Positions 10,018-20,576 are shown, counted from the first letter of the stretch. The stretch is DNA of 64,000 nt from Nitrososphaeria archaeon (GCA_029776065.1 JARVJP010000011.1:24662-88661); one strand, 5' to 3'. Notes: generated by a model not told the origin, from the sequence alone. Made by a program: numbers and translations.

Positions 10018-10704
10018 CTAGTATTTTGTCATCATTCTCATATATCTAAGATTTTGGGCGCTTTGAATATAGGTCTCTGGATCTATCTCTTCTGCTGAGA
10101 CGTTGTCTACATCTATTATAAATACAGAGTGTAACCTCGCGTATTTGATGTCTTCTAGCCTAATAGGTGGGTTTTGGTAGTAGATATCGCAGAGCTTTTT
10201 TACCTTCCACGCTTCTTCATCACTTCTATAACGTGGTGGCTTTACAAAGTATGATGGTAAAGGGAGAATGTGGTTGGGTGGTGTGCCTAAGGCGAACTTG
10301 TTTGAGTAAGCGCTATATCGCGAAATTTTACTCGACAATCTAGCATAGTAATAGGTAAGTGGTTGTAGGGCATGTTCCGGTGACACGAAGCCAGTCTCGA
10401 CTTCAACGATCATTGTACCCTCTCCCTTGATGCAGTAGAGATCACAGACAAGGTTTTCTGATAATTTATATTCAACCTTCACATCATACCCTAGCTTAAT
10501 CAATGCCTTTGCACATACTAACTCCATTGCGGAGTGATTTATTTTAACAAGGTTCTTTTTGTATAGTGAAACTAGTTCCTGTTTCACTACTAATAACTTT
10601 TTGCATGAGCTATAATCCTCCCCATTACAAGCTTTATTCGTTAAAGTGTCCAGATCTTCTTCAAACTTGCTGGAAACCAAAGCCTTCGCTATCCTTAGGG
10701 CCAT
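10018..10704 (-). CDS. Archaeal hypothetical protein with a PD-(D/E)xK-like nuclease motif
   Basis: VKVEY...CDLY...IVEVETG pattern. Confidence 0.6.
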   Translation of the reverse strand: MALRIAKALVSSKFEEDLDTLTNKACNGEDYSSCKKLLVVKQELVSLYKKNLVKINHSAMELVCAKALIKLGYDVKVEYKLSENLVCDLYCIKGEGTMIVEVETGFVSPEHALQPLTYYYARLSSKISRYSAYSNKFALGTPPNHILPLPSYFVKPPRYRSDEEAWKVKKLCDIYYQNPPIRLEDIKYARLHSVFIIDVDNVSAEEIDPETYIQSAQNLRYMRMMTKY

Positions 10705-10767
10705 CCTCTATATAAGAGGTACCACTTCTGCAGACTATATTGGATGTGTAAACTTATTAGTTGAAGC

Positions 10768-11289
10768 GTGAGTTACACCTTTGTGGGCGGCTCAAAAAGG
10801 CGTATGATATGTGTCATGACAAGAAATAATATTAAGCCGGGTGACATAGGGTACATCATATACTTACATGGTCTTCTATATTCAGAAGAATTTGGGTTTG
10901 ACGTAACATTCGAACCTTATGTTGCAGTTCCTTTAAGCGAATTTGTTTTGTCACAAGATAAAGATAGGCAACGCATCTGGATTTTAGAGGCTGAAGGCAA
11001 GATAATTGGTTCTGTTGCTGTGGTAAAGAGGACGGAAATTCAGGCTCAACTTAGGTGGCTGATCGTGCATCCAAGGTTTAGAGGGAAAGGATTAGGAAGG
11101 AAACTTGTCAACGAAGCTATATCATTTAGTAGAAAAGCTGGTTACAAATCGATATGTCTTTGGACCGTTAGTGTTTTAGAGCATGCAGCCAACCTCTACA
11201 AGTCGCTTGGTTTTGTCAAAAAGGAAGAAAAGAAGCATATGATCTGGGGTAGAATGCTTACAGAGGAAATGTATGAACTCGAACTATAA
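10768..11289 (+). CDS. GNAT acetyltransferase
   Basis: [19 protein letters not shown] and [10 protein letters not shown] motifs; the true start may be slightly downstream. Confidence 0.9.
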   Translation: MSYTFVGGSKRRMICVMTRNNIKPGDIGYIIYLHGLLYSEEFGFDVTFEPYVAVPLSEFVLSQDKDRQRIWILEAEGKIIGSVAVVKRTEIQAQLRWLIVHPRFRGKGLGRKLVNEAISFSRKAGYKSICLWTVSVLEHAANLYKSLGFVKKEEKKHMIWGRMLTEEMYELEL

Positions 11290-11349
11290 TAAAAGCTCCA
11301 ACTTTCGCATATATACCATTTATTAATGACAACTTAGTTCATTTAACAC

Positions 11350-11904
11350 ATGATAAAGTTGAAAGTTTTAGGAATAATTGGGGCAACTTTGCCATACTTG
11401 TTCATCGTAGCTTCCATTGCTCTCTCACCATGGTTTGACTTCTACGATAACGCTTTAAGCGATCTAGGGAACATCGCGCGTAATGGGTATACCGCTTACC
11501 TCTTCAATCTGGGTCTGATGATTACTGGCGTGATTGTAGCTTTTTTTGCAATACTTTTATCTGTACAGAAACACTCTTGGAAATTCCTCACATGGACCCC
11601 CTTGCTAATGATATCGGCGTTCGATCTATTCTTGATCGGTGTCTTCAGTGAAGACGCGGGGAAAATTCATTGGATTGTATCAGTAATATTTTTTGTCACT
11701 ATTACGGTTTTGATGTTCATATACAGCTATATCTCTTGGCCACTGGGGTCTCCTGAAGTAGGTGCAATATCTCTTATCTTTGGGCTTACTTCCGCGTTTA
11801 TCTGGTTTATAGAATGGCCTTGGGCTAATGTTGCAATACAAGAATCTGTTACTGGACTGACTTCGTCTATCTGGTTGATCCTTGTTTCCTACAGGAACGT
11901 GTAG
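11350..11904 (+). CDS. DUF998-like membrane protein
   Basis: PWF..NALSDLG, LIGVFSED and H motifs; multi-TM. Confidence 0.8.
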   Translation: MIKLKVLGIIGATLPYLFIVASIALSPWFDFYDNALSDLGNIARNGYTAYLFNLGLMITGVIVAFFAILLSVQKHSWKFLTWTPLLMISAFDLFLIGVFSEDAGKIHWIVSVIFFVTITVLMFIYSYISWPLGSPEVGAISLIFGLTSAFIWFIEWPWANVAIQESVTGLTSSIWLILVSYRNV

Positions 11905-11970
11905 GTTTAAGCTTCATAAACAACGTTATTTAAAATAATCTTCACGTAGAATAAAGCATGCTTGTAATTT

Positions 11971-12900
11971 TCATTCCTCTGAAGGGTTATACTTCTTAAA
12001 CCATTTGAAACCAGCTTTTTCCATCAAGTCTAAATATGTATCATTTCCCTCAGGCATAAGGTCTGCTCTGTAATGTAGAGCAAAGTAGTATTGTGCAGGG
12101 TTTATGTAGCCTTTCCTCTTAATCAGCTCCAAGCACCTTGATGCGAAAGCTTTCCCTTGAACTTTATTACAAACTTCCTCTACTACCTTTAATCGCTCTT
12201 CATCAATCTTAACTTTGATGCGTTCATACTTCTTATTGAATGCTTTTAGAAGCTCACTGTCATCTTGTTCCTTGTATTTCTCATTATGAACGATCATTCT
12301 TAGACCTAGTTTTTGTTGTGGTAATGGTCTCGTTTTAGGGTACCCTATGCAGAGTAAGACCACAGGAAAGACCTTATCAGGTAGTTTGAGTAGTTCCCGG
12401 ATCTCGGAAAAAGCTTCAAGCACGGAGCCAATATACACCGAACCAAGACCAACGGATTCTGCTGCCGTGCATATGCTCTGCGCGCAGATGATAACGTCTT
12501 GAAACGAGACCCAAAAGTGTCGGAATGAGTTGTTGGCGGTGAAGGGTGCACATTCTAAGTTTGCCCAACGTTCTAGGCGGTGCATATCGATGGTAAACAT
12601 TAACAAGATAGGTGCTTTGCTGATAAATGCTTGTTGGCATAATTTAGCGAGCTTCTCTTTTTTCGACTTGCTTTTAATCACGATAATCGAATATGGTTGG
12701 AGGTTGCCTGCTGACGCGGAGTGAAGTCCTGCCTCAAGAATGAGGTTAAGTAGGGTTTGAGGGACCTTTTCGTCTTGAAAACTTCGTACGCTTACTCGTT
12801 CATATAGAAGCTTAATGGTTCCGTTTGGATAATTTTCCTTTCCCCCTTTTTTGTTTTGAATAAGCTTGCCATCATAGGTTAGAATTGGATTTTCTACCAT
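11971..12900 (-). CDS. Nitroreductase family protein
   Basis: RVSVRSF, SAGNLQPY, AESVGLGSVYIG and LCIGYP motifs. Confidence 0.9.
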   Translation of the reverse strand: MVENPILTYDGKLIQNKKGGKENYPNGTIKLLYERVSVRSFQDEKVPQTLLNLILEAGLHSASAGNLQPYSIIVIKSKSKKEKLAKLCQQAFISKAPILLMFTIDMHRLERWANLECAPFTANNSFRHFWVSFQDVIICAQSICTAAESVGLGSVYIGSVLEAFSEIRELLKLPDKVFPVVLLCIGYPKTRPLPQQKLGLRMIVHNEKYKEQDDSELLKAFNKKYERIKVKIDEERLKVVEEVCNKVQGKAFASRCLELIKRKGYINPAQYYFALHYRADLMPEGNDTYLDLMEKAGFKWFKKYNPSEE

Positions 12901-12997
12901 TTACCCATATGAGATAATATACTACGTATTTAAGCCTTGGTGTGTAAAGACGATCAGTTCGAGATCATGTGTCGAGACTCTGATTTGACTTCTTTTC

Positions 12998-13552
12998 TTA
13001 AGGGATTACAACTGTAGTATAGTAGTCAGAGCTCGTCTTGATCAGCACATTGTAAGTTGTATTAGATGGCAGTGGTGTGCTAAATTTCAACTTAATTGTC
13101 TGAGGTGACCGTGGTGTAACCTTAATAGGTAGATTAATGTCAAAGACTTCTCCCTTTAAGCTCGTTAAAGTGTTCCCATTAAGGAGTATGTCTGTTATAG
13201 TTATATCCCTACTGCTTCTTATGTTGACTACTATATCGGTCTGATTAAGAGCGTATACAGCCACCTCTAAACCCTCTCTTTCTGTCAAAACCTCGGTCAC
13301 AGTTGTGGTTAAGTCAGTTCTAGAAGTTGTCCCCGTTTTTGTTTCACTTGAAGGCGCCTCAGTTGGCACAGTCGTGGTGATCACATTCGTGTAGGTTGAA
13401 GGTGTTGCCGATGTTTTCCAATTAGTTGTAGAAGGGTATGCTGTGTGTATCTGCTCGGATGGGAAGTAAATACTGGCTCCATATGCGAGTGAGACCGCTA
13501 TTAAAACCCCTACTAATGCTCCTCCAGTAATCTGTTTTTTATACTCTGACAA
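12998..13552 (-). CDS. Membrane-anchored surface protein (TM, Thr-rich linker, C-terminal Ig/pilin-like beta domain)
   Basis: N-terminal TM, Thr/Ser-rich stalk, beta-rich C-terminus. Confidence 0.7.
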   Translation of the reverse strand: MSEYKKQITGGALVGVLIAVSLAYGASIYFPSEQIHTAYPSTTNWKTSATPSTYTNVITTTVPTEAPSSETKTGTTSRTDLTTTVTEVLTEREGLEVAVYALNQTDIVVNIRSSRDITITDILLNGNTLTSLKGEVFDINLPIKVTPRSPQTIKLKFSTPLPSNTTYNVLIKTSSDYYTTVVIP

Positions 13553-13582
13553 CTGTTCTCCCTTACTAGTATTCTTAGGTTC

Positions 13583-13637
13583 AAATATAATACTAAAGTT
13601 TAGAACGACTAATCAATTTATATTCTAAGATTTGAAC
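13583..13637 (-). promoter_or_regulatory. TATA box plus putative operator TAGAAC-N15-ATTCTA-N4-TTGAAC
   Basis: TAGAAC 13601-13606, ATTCTA 13622-13627, TTGAAC 13632-13637; minus-strand TTATATTT at 13590-13583. Spacing identical to 3841-3896. Confidence 0.7.
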
Positions 13638-13678
13638 TAGGAAAAAAAGCTTAAGTCATATAAATAATCGATATATTA

Positions 13679-14113
13679 GTGAAGGAGGCTATTATATTGG
13701 CGGATAAAAAAGGTTCAGATGTGTTAAAAGGAACAACTCTTAAGGTTTATCATTACATATTCAAGCAAGGTAAGCCGGTAGGTGTTCATGAAGTACAAAG
13801 AGGGCTTACATTAAGTTCTCCTTCTTTAGCTTTGTATCATATAAGCAAGCTTTTAGAAGCGGGTCTTGTCAGAGAAGAAGGTAAAGGCTACATCGTTGAC
13901 AGAGTTGTATTTGAAAACATGATAAGAGTTAGGAGAACTCTCATACCTTTCCATACCACTTATGCGATTTTCTTTATAACAACATTACTAATTCTCTTAA
14001 CCTATCTTAGACCCTCTGCGATAACCTCTACCTACGTATTTTCCCTAATTGTTAATATCGCAGCCATCTTAGTCTCAATATATGAAGCTATTAAAGCTTT
14101 GAAAAAGATTTGA
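13679..14113 (+). CDS. Membrane-tethered winged-HTH transcription regulator (paralog of 3945..4409)
   Basis: GVHEVQRGLTLSSPSLALYHISKL wHTH plus two C-terminal TM helices. Confidence 0.82.
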   Translation: MKEAIILADKKGSDVLKGTTLKVYHYIFKQGKPVGVHEVQRGLTLSSPSLALYHISKLLEAGLVREEGKGYIVDRVVFENMIRVRRTLIPFHTTYAIFFITTLLILLTYLRPSAITSTYVFSLIVNIAAILVSIYEAIKALKKI

Positions 14114-14213
14114 AATAGTAGGCCTACATTTTAAAGCTGATTTAGAATAGCCTCCTTATTTTTATCGAGGAAAATAAATAAAAGCTAGGCTAATAAAAAA
14201 TTAGTTGACCTAA

Positions 14214-14768
14214 ATGATTACATATAATGTCGGTAAAGCAAAGTTGCAAATAGTAAGAGGTGATATAACCGATCAAGAAACCGATGCGATAGTAAACGCG
14301 GCGAACTCGACCTTGATGGGTGGAGGAGGGGTGGATGGTGCGATTCACCGAAAAGGTGGCCCTAAGATACTCGAAGAATGTAAAAAGATAAGACTTACTC
14401 TATACCCAGAAGGCCTTCCAACAGGTAAAGCCGTAATAACATCAGGCGGGAATATGAAAACAAAATATGTAATACATACCGTTGGACCAATATGGAGAGG
14501 TGGTAATAGCGGGGAAGCAGAGTTGCTTTCAGAAGCTTACAAGAACAGCCTTAAACTAGCTGTATCTCGACGTCTAAAGACAATTTCTTTTCCATCAATA
14601 AGTACCGGTGCCTACGGGTTTCCTATTGAAAAAGCAAGCAAGATCGCCTTAGAATCAATTAAGAACTTCCTAGAATCTGAAGACGGTCTTGAACTGATAG
14701 TTTGCGTATTATTTAGTCAAAGCGACTTAGAAACATATGTCAAGGTTGCCAAAGAAATCTTCAGCTGA
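14214..14768 (+). CDS. Macro-domain O-acetyl-ADP-ribose deacetylase (YmdB-like)
   Basis: GDIT, AIVNAAN, GGGGVDGAIH, HTVGP and FPSISTGAYGFP motifs. Confidence 0.93.
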   Translation: MITYNVGKAKLQIVRGDITDQETDAIVNAANSTLMGGGGVDGAIHRKGGPKILEECKKIRLTLYPEGLPTGKAVITSGGNMKTKYVIHTVGPIWRGGNSGEAELLSEAYKNSLKLAVSRRLKTISFPSISTGAYGFPIEKASKIALESIKNFLESEDGLELIVCVLFSQSDLETYVKVAKEIFS

Positions 14769-14884
14769 TTTAGTAACCTTAGATCATCCCTCCTCTTAAT
14801 TAAGCTGTTTTCTTAATGTCATTAGCTTAAAAGCTTGATGTTAGAAGGTTAATATAATAGGTTGTTCATAGAAATAAGATAGTT

Positions 14885-17242
14885 TTGCATAGTGATACAA
14901 GTCTTATTGAAGGATTTGGCGTTGTAGAGTCAGGAGTTAATATTGCAACCGCTACTATACAAGACGCGGGGGTTTATGACATAATATTGGAAGTAGGTGA
15001 AATTATAGGTGCCTATCCTAGAATAGAGGTCAAATCACCTAATGGTTGGTTGCAGTTAAAGAAAAACGCTGATCTGTTCAAACTCAGTGACGAACTCCGT
15101 GTAATCTTTTGTGATAATACAGGTAGCAACCTAGTAAACGATAAACCCTATTTCTACAATTCATACGTAGGTTCACCTGATATGATGGGTGTAGGTGTGT
15201 TCTCAATTCCCTTACGCCTCCATATTAAGCGGTTTCTCGAAGGGCAGCTATCTCCTTTAAACAAAGGCGGAAATCTTAGAATTGAAGTTGAGCTCTTAGA
15301 CCCTGATGAAGATATAAATTCAATCGACGGCGTTAGGCAAAGATCTGGTAAGGAGTTTGTGGAACTCTTCCATAACGAGATTTTAAATAAATTCCAAAGT
15401 TTCGACAACTGTCCAGAAGAGTTAGCCCCATCAATATACGCTTTAAGGTCAGGGGATGTTGGTGGAATAAAGTCTGACAAGATGCGTTTTATATTCTTCG
15501 TTCTAAACCCCACTCTTAGTCCAAGCTACTCGTATAAGGTCAACTACGCTGACAATAAAGTGATAGTAAGTTACGAATTCAATGCGGACGACGTTACTGG
15601 AGTAGAAGATCTCGTTTTTGAAGTGCTCTTTAATCCTCCAGGCGTTCTTGGCAATAACTATAAGGTTAGAGTGAACCTAGTGAGACCTGATACAGGAGAA
15701 CCATGTAGCACTAAGGTAACAGGTTACGAAACCCCTAAGATAACCGTGTGGCGGGAGACTACGTTAGAGCTTTTTCTCCAAGGTGAAGACTTGAACGACA
15801 AATCACTCTATGACGATATCGAATGGGATGAGGTTCAAAGAGCGTTTGAAGACGCTTACATAATAGTAAACTACCCTAAAAAACCTTCAACAAAGACCCA
15901 TGTGACAGGAAAAAATGATTGGATCATGTTCTTGGAAAATTTTGTGTACAACAATTGGAGGACAGCTGCTTGGAACCTTATTAAGAACAAGTATCCACAA
16001 CAACTATCACAAGATCTGCGACAATACTCCTTTCCTCAGAGAGTCCTAGTTAATGATATTAAGTTCGATGGTTCCATGCAATACGAACTGAGTAATGATG
16101 TTAACGGAATCGCCACATCAGACATCGTTGTCGAAGGGGTGAATCAAGGATGGTCAACCACATTCTTGCAGGGGACTGACTATATAATTAACGGTACTAA
16201 GATCGAATGGCAAGTTGGGAACATAGTGCCAGACAATAATACAAACTTCAAAGTTTATGCTGAGCTCGCTCCTACTACAAACTCCTCTTGGGAAACCTCC
16301 TCCTACGCACAGATAGAGAAGATGGCATATCAGATCGTAAGTTCAATAATAGGCGTCAACCCAAAGGACAGTCTCCCAGCAAAGAGACCATTTTATGTTT
16401 TAGTCTGTAAACCTCCAACAGCTGGGCAGACTGGTATGGGTTGTTTCCTAGGAGGAAAGTTGTTTTATATAGTCACTGGTGCTGACAGTGCTCAAACCTT
16501 CACACATGAAATGGGTCACGCTCTTTTCCTTAACCACGGCTCAACATCTTTTATACAAAGTCCATCACTGAATATTGTTGTACAATTTAATGGTGGCGGC
16601 TCAAGTGGGCCATTTTGGCACGATCACGACTCAGAAGACATGATCTCCTGCGTCATGTCATATTGCGTTGCTCATAAACTTCAAGTTCATCCTTGTGATT
16701 GGCATTTCTGCGGTGTGTGCTTACTACTATTGAAGTTCTATGACGGTTTCAAGCTTCAGGGAAGTGATGTTATGAAGAAACTACAGTATTCTTTAAGGAA
16801 AGGTAATGGCCCTATAAGAATTATTAGTGCAGACTACCAAATTGTAAATGTCGGAGCCTCACAAGAGCTTCAAATAGGGAACTTTAACTTCACAGGGCAG
16901 TGTAGCATAAATAGCGAATCATTTAAGCAAGGTGCGGCTGTTTCTAAAATTCTTTTCGTCGCTTATCCTAAAGAAGGTGTAATTAACAACACGGGAGTTG
17001 ACTACTTCAAAGATATTTCTAGCTTTCCTTGGCACCTTTGGAAGGTTTACGATGACACGACAGGGCAGGAGATAAGTCCATCAAATTCCATCTTTAGCTT
17101 TTCTTACTTTTCACCTGACGCAAGGTTATTCACTATGATAACCTTAAAGGGTATAAAGGGAAGAAACAGGATAGTGTTTGAGGTAAATTATAATAGCAAT
17201 AACCCAATTCAAAGTGAGCCCTTTATTGTAGAGGTTGTTTAA
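14885..17242 (+). CDS. Large hypothetical protein with a metzincin-like Zn-metallopeptidase domain
   Basis: THEMGHALFLNH (HExxHxxxxxH), Met-turn CVMSY and FCGVC cluster; no signal peptide seen. Confidence 0.7.
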   Translation: MHSDTSLIEGFGVVESGVNIATATIQDAGVYDIILEVGEIIGAYPRIEVKSPNGWLQLKKNADLFKLSDELRVIFCDNTGSNLVNDKPYFYNSYVGSPDMMGVGVFSIPLRLHIKRFLEGQLSPLNKGGNLRIEVELLDPDEDINSIDGVRQRSGKEFVELFHNEILNKFQSFDNCPEELAPSIYALRSGDVGGIKSDKMRFIFFVLNPTLSPSYSYKVNYADNKVIVSYEFNADDVTGVEDLVFEVLFNPPGVLGNNYKVRVNLVRPDTGEPCSTKVTGYETPKITVWRETTLELFLQGEDLNDKSLYDDIEWDEVQRAFEDAYIIVNYPKKPSTKTHVTGKNDWIMFLENFVYNNWRTAAWNLIKNKYPQQLSQDLRQYSFPQRVLVNDIKFDGSMQYELSNDVNGIATSDIVVEGVNQGWSTTFLQGTDYIINGTKIEWQVGNIVPDNNTNFKVYAELAPTTNSSWETSSYAQIEKMAYQIVSSIIGVNPKDSLPAKRPFYVLVCKPPTAGQTGMGCFLGGKLFYIVTGADSAQTFTHEMGHALFLNHGSTSFIQSPSLNIVVQFNGGGSSGPFWHDHDSEDMISCVMSYCVAHKLQVHPCDWHFCGVCLLLLKFYDGFKLQGSDVMKKLQYSLRKGNGPIRIISADYQIVNVGASQELQIGNFNFTGQCSINSESFKQGAAVSKILFVAYPKEGVINNTGVDYFKDISSFPWHLWKVYDDTTGQEISPSNSIFSFSYFSPDARLFTMITLKGIKGRNRIVFEVNYNSNNPIQSEPFIVEVV

Positions 17243-17246
17243 GGCT

Positions 17247-18686
17247 ATGAGCTATAAGCTTTCACTTAAGTTGGATGTTAACAAGAATTTGTTTATAGAG
17301 TCGGAGTCTATCAAAGTATGTTTAACTATTTACAACGCAGACATTCAAACAATTAGGCTAGAGGATTTGACGATATCAAACAACCCTGTTTTCTTCAAGA
17401 TCGTTAATAGATCAGGCCAAGAGTTTACATGCTCATTGCAAAGCCTTCGAGATAGAGATGGAGTAGGAGAAAAGCCGCCTTTAGAAAAGACGTGGGTTGA
17501 ACTAAAACCTGGCGCTTCGAAAACGATTAATGTCGACCTAATGAGCCTTCTTCCAAAATTACCAATAAACGTTTACGAAGTAATGGCTTACTATAGGACA
17601 AGCCCACTCTCATTCCTATTATCTAACAAGGTCATGTTTGAAGTTTTAAAGATGAACTGCATTTATGCTAAGACCACTATGGATTATACATGGTACGATA
17701 ACACACCTTTTTACACTGTTTGGGTGAACGAAGATAAAGAGGGTCGACAATTATTCTCTATGGTTAATAGTGCAAATGCTCCTCAAAACGTGATTTCAAA
17801 TAATAGAGTTACAAAGGTTGCTGAGTTCAAAGAAATTTTATGTTCTCTCCCTCTGACTCTGGAGCAGGAGAGAAGGCATATAATTTGGACTGAGGGGCAC
17901 ATGATAAATGTTGGTGTTATTAAAAATGGTGAACTTACAAGCGTAGAGGCGCTTAGTGGGGAATATGGTGTACCGCTTTCACCTTCCATCACAACAGAAT
18001 ATGGGGAATTAAAATTTTTAACTCTTTTAAAAAGAGGGAATGATTTTCACTTCTTTTTTGTACGTGTACTCCCAAGTGATGAAGTTGATGTAAAAGAAGT
18101 CTTTAAAGGAACTGGAAGCATAGGGCAATATTCTATTATCTTTGATAAGAATAGGCTTCCCCATGTAGCGTTTACTCTGGACAATACGATTTTTTATCTG
18201 AGAATTGGTGGATTATTTAATAAAGGTTTTGAGTTAAGGGAAATCTTCAAGGCCAATGACTCTAAGATTTTCGTCAAGTTGATGGAAAGGTTCTCTGTAG
18301 TTGATAGGGGGTACAAGGTGATCCTTAACTATACTTTAAAGGAAGGTGATAAAATGGTTTCAAACAGCTTTGATCTAGTCGATTTTAAGCATCTGTCAAA
18401 TTATTACATACCATTAGAAATAGAAGACCTCTGCATCTTACAGATGGTACTTGATGACATAAACTCGCCGTACTTCCTGCTGGTTGATGAAGACGGTAAC
18501 TTATGGTTCAAGGGTGCGAAGGATGGAATAGAAAGAGCAACTCTTGAAGGAGAAAGATACCCTAGCAACATAGTAGCGCCAACTCTGCTTCTATCGTCAC
18601 GGTATAATGTGAACTATGGTGTCTACCTAAGGTATGTAAAAGATGGTGACTTCGTTTACAGAAAGCTCAAAACATTAAGAGTCTAA
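17247..18686 (+). CDS. Hypothetical protein coupled to the metallopeptidase (N-terminal Ig-like region, beta-rich C-terminus)
   Basis: Long ORF starting 5 nt after the peptidase stop (ATG 17247; the ORF track starts at 17235). Confidence 0.65.
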   Translation: MSYKLSLKLDVNKNLFIESESIKVCLTIYNADIQTIRLEDLTISNNPVFFKIVNRSGQEFTCSLQSLRDRDGVGEKPPLEKTWVELKPGASKTINVDLMSLLPKLPINVYEVMAYYRTSPLSFLLSNKVMFEVLKMNCIYAKTTMDYTWYDNTPFYTVWVNEDKEGRQLFSMVNSANAPQNVISNNRVTKVAEFKEILCSLPLTLEQERRHIIWTEGHMINVGVIKNGELTSVEALSGEYGVPLSPSITTEYGELKFLTLLKRGNDFHFFFVRVLPSDEVDVKEVFKGTGSIGQYSIIFDKNRLPHVAFTLDNTIFYLRIGGLFNKGFELREIFKANDSKIFVKLMERFSVVDRGYKVILNYTLKEGDKMVSNSFDLVDFKHLSNYYIPLEIEDLCILQMVLDDINSPYFLLVDEDGNLWFKGAKDGIERATLEGERYPSNIVAPTLLLSSRYNVNYGVYLRYVKDGDFVYRKLKTLRV

Positions 18687-18738
18687 TACCGTCTTCGTAA
18701 TAATTCTTTTATAGAGAAAGGAAATAGGGGGTGCCATA

Positions 18739-20169
18739 TTGCCATCCCAAGGTTCTACTTCTAAATTAGAGAAAAATTCTAGACGTTCCGTACTACTTGC
18801 GACGACAATATCATCTTTTTTGGTTGCCTTTATGGTGTCAGCGGCGAATGTCGCTCTCCCTTTGATTGGTGTTGAATTCAAGCTTGATCCTATTATGCTA
18901 GGTTGGATACAATCGTCTTATTTTCTAGCGTCTGTTGTCTTCCTGGTTCCAATAGGTAGGATTGCGGACATTAAAGGTAGAAAGAATATCTTCATTTTTG
19001 GGTTGTTTTTATACACGATCACGTCGCTTTTAGCATCGTTTTCAAGTTCAAACCATTTCTTGCTCTCTGTTCGCGTATTTCAAGGGGTCGGCGGTGCGAT
19101 GATAGTCGCAACAGCCGTCGCTATCCTTATTGAAGCCTTCCCTGAAAGGGAATGGGGTAAAGTTCTTGGTATAAATACTGCTGCAGTTTACATTGGAGTG
19201 TCATCAGGCCCTTCTTTGAGCGGTTTTCTGATACAATATTTTGGTTGGAGAAGTATATTCTTGATTAATGCCCCATTAGGGGTATTGACTCTCGGTCTAT
19301 CACTTTTAAAGTTGAAAGATGATTGGATTCAAATTAAGGACTCGAAGTTTGATCTTTTAGGTACAGTTGTTTACGGCCTTGGTTTGACGATGATCATATA
19401 TGGTGTATCATCTGCTTTTTCAGCATCATCTAACAGCTGGAATGTAAGTTTTGAAGCCATTTTCATCCCTCTTGTTATCTTGGTGTTTGGAACCTTTACG
19501 ATGATAGGGTTCATAGTATGGGAAACAAAGTCTCATTCACCTATTCTAGATTTAAAATTATTTAAATTGAATAAAGTCTTCTCTTATACGAACTTCGCAA
19601 CACTAATAAATTATAGCGCAAATTCTGCGACTTCTCTCTTGTTAAGCCTGTACCTCCTATTGGTGAAGGGCTTGGAACCTGAAATGGTGGGTCTAACCTT
19701 GCTTCCGCAACCAGCGATCCAAGCTGCTCTTTCTCCTGTTGCAGGCTGGCTTTCTGATCGAATTCAAGCTAGGGTTTTAGCGTCCCTTGGAATGGCGATC
19801 ACAGGTGTTGGATTAGCACTGTTTATGTTTCTTGAACCTTCAACAAATATAACGTTTATAATGTTAAATCTCATTCTAATAGGCATAGGATTTGCCTTTT
19901 TTAGTTCACCAAACACAAATTTGTTGATGAGCTCCGTAAGTGATCGCGATCATGGTGTTGCCTCTTCGATGCTCGCTACGATGAGGCAGTTAGGGATGAT
20001 AACTAGTACTATAATTGCTACAAGTGTCATCTCATATTACGTTAAAGGGGTTGAAATATCAGAAGCCCCCACGCATCTTTTAGTTTCGGGGGTAAGCCGA
20101 TCCTTCGCCATCTCCGCGGTGTTATGCTTCATTGGGGGGATTCTATCGTGGAGAGCCGTCAATAGGTAG
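18739..20169 (+). CDS. MFS drug:H+ antiporter (DHA2, 14-TM type)
   Basis: GRIADIKGRK, RVFQGVGG and GWRSIFLINAPLG motifs. Confidence 0.92.
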   Translation: MPSQGSTSKLEKNSRRSVLLATTISSFLVAFMVSAANVALPLIGVEFKLDPIMLGWIQSSYFLASVVFLVPIGRIADIKGRKNIFIFGLFLYTITSLLASFSSSNHFLLSVRVFQGVGGAMIVATAVAILIEAFPEREWGKVLGINTAAVYIGVSSGPSLSGFLIQYFGWRSIFLINAPLGVLTLGLSLLKLKDDWIQIKDSKFDLLGTVVYGLGLTMIIYGVSSAFSASSNSWNVSFEAIFIPLVILVFGTFTMIGFIVWETKSHSPILDLKLFKLNKVFSYTNFATLINYSANSATSLLLSLYLLLVKGLEPEMVGLTLLPQPAIQAALSPVAGWLSDRIQARVLASLGMAITGVGLALFMFLEPSTNITFIMLNLILIGIGFAFFSSPNTNLLMSSVSDRDHGVASSMLATMRQLGMITSTIIATSVISYYVKGVEISEAPTHLLVSGVSRSFAISAVLCFIGGILSWRAVNR

Positions 20170-20576
20170 TATAAGAGTACTTGGTTAAGAGTTGTTGAAT
20201 TTATGTACCGTTTTCAGATTAAATTGATTTCAGTGCCCTAGCTTTCACCTTTACAATTGTTCGATTAAAAAAGAGTGACATACAATCACAGCATCAGTTA
20301 GAACCTAGGAGGATTTACTCGAAGAAGAGTTATATTCGCCCTCCATTTGTTCGCCAGAGTAACCACTTAAGACGTTCCACCTCCAACATGGTGGCTGAGG
20401 CTGAAGAGAACGCATTCCAGTTAATTACTCTTTCGCATATCATTTTCCTATGTTTCAATATGAACAGACCACTTCCACCTCTACCTAACATCATAAAACT
20501 TCGCATCAAAGATTTTACGAAATTAACCGTTATTACTAAAAATATCTCTATATTATTGCTCAATTATTAAATCATC

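Noticed and set aside
20330-20570. ORFs 20330..20563 (-) and 20388..20570 (+)
   Set aside because: They overlap each other, have no motifs and have atypical composition; probably non-coding or decayed.
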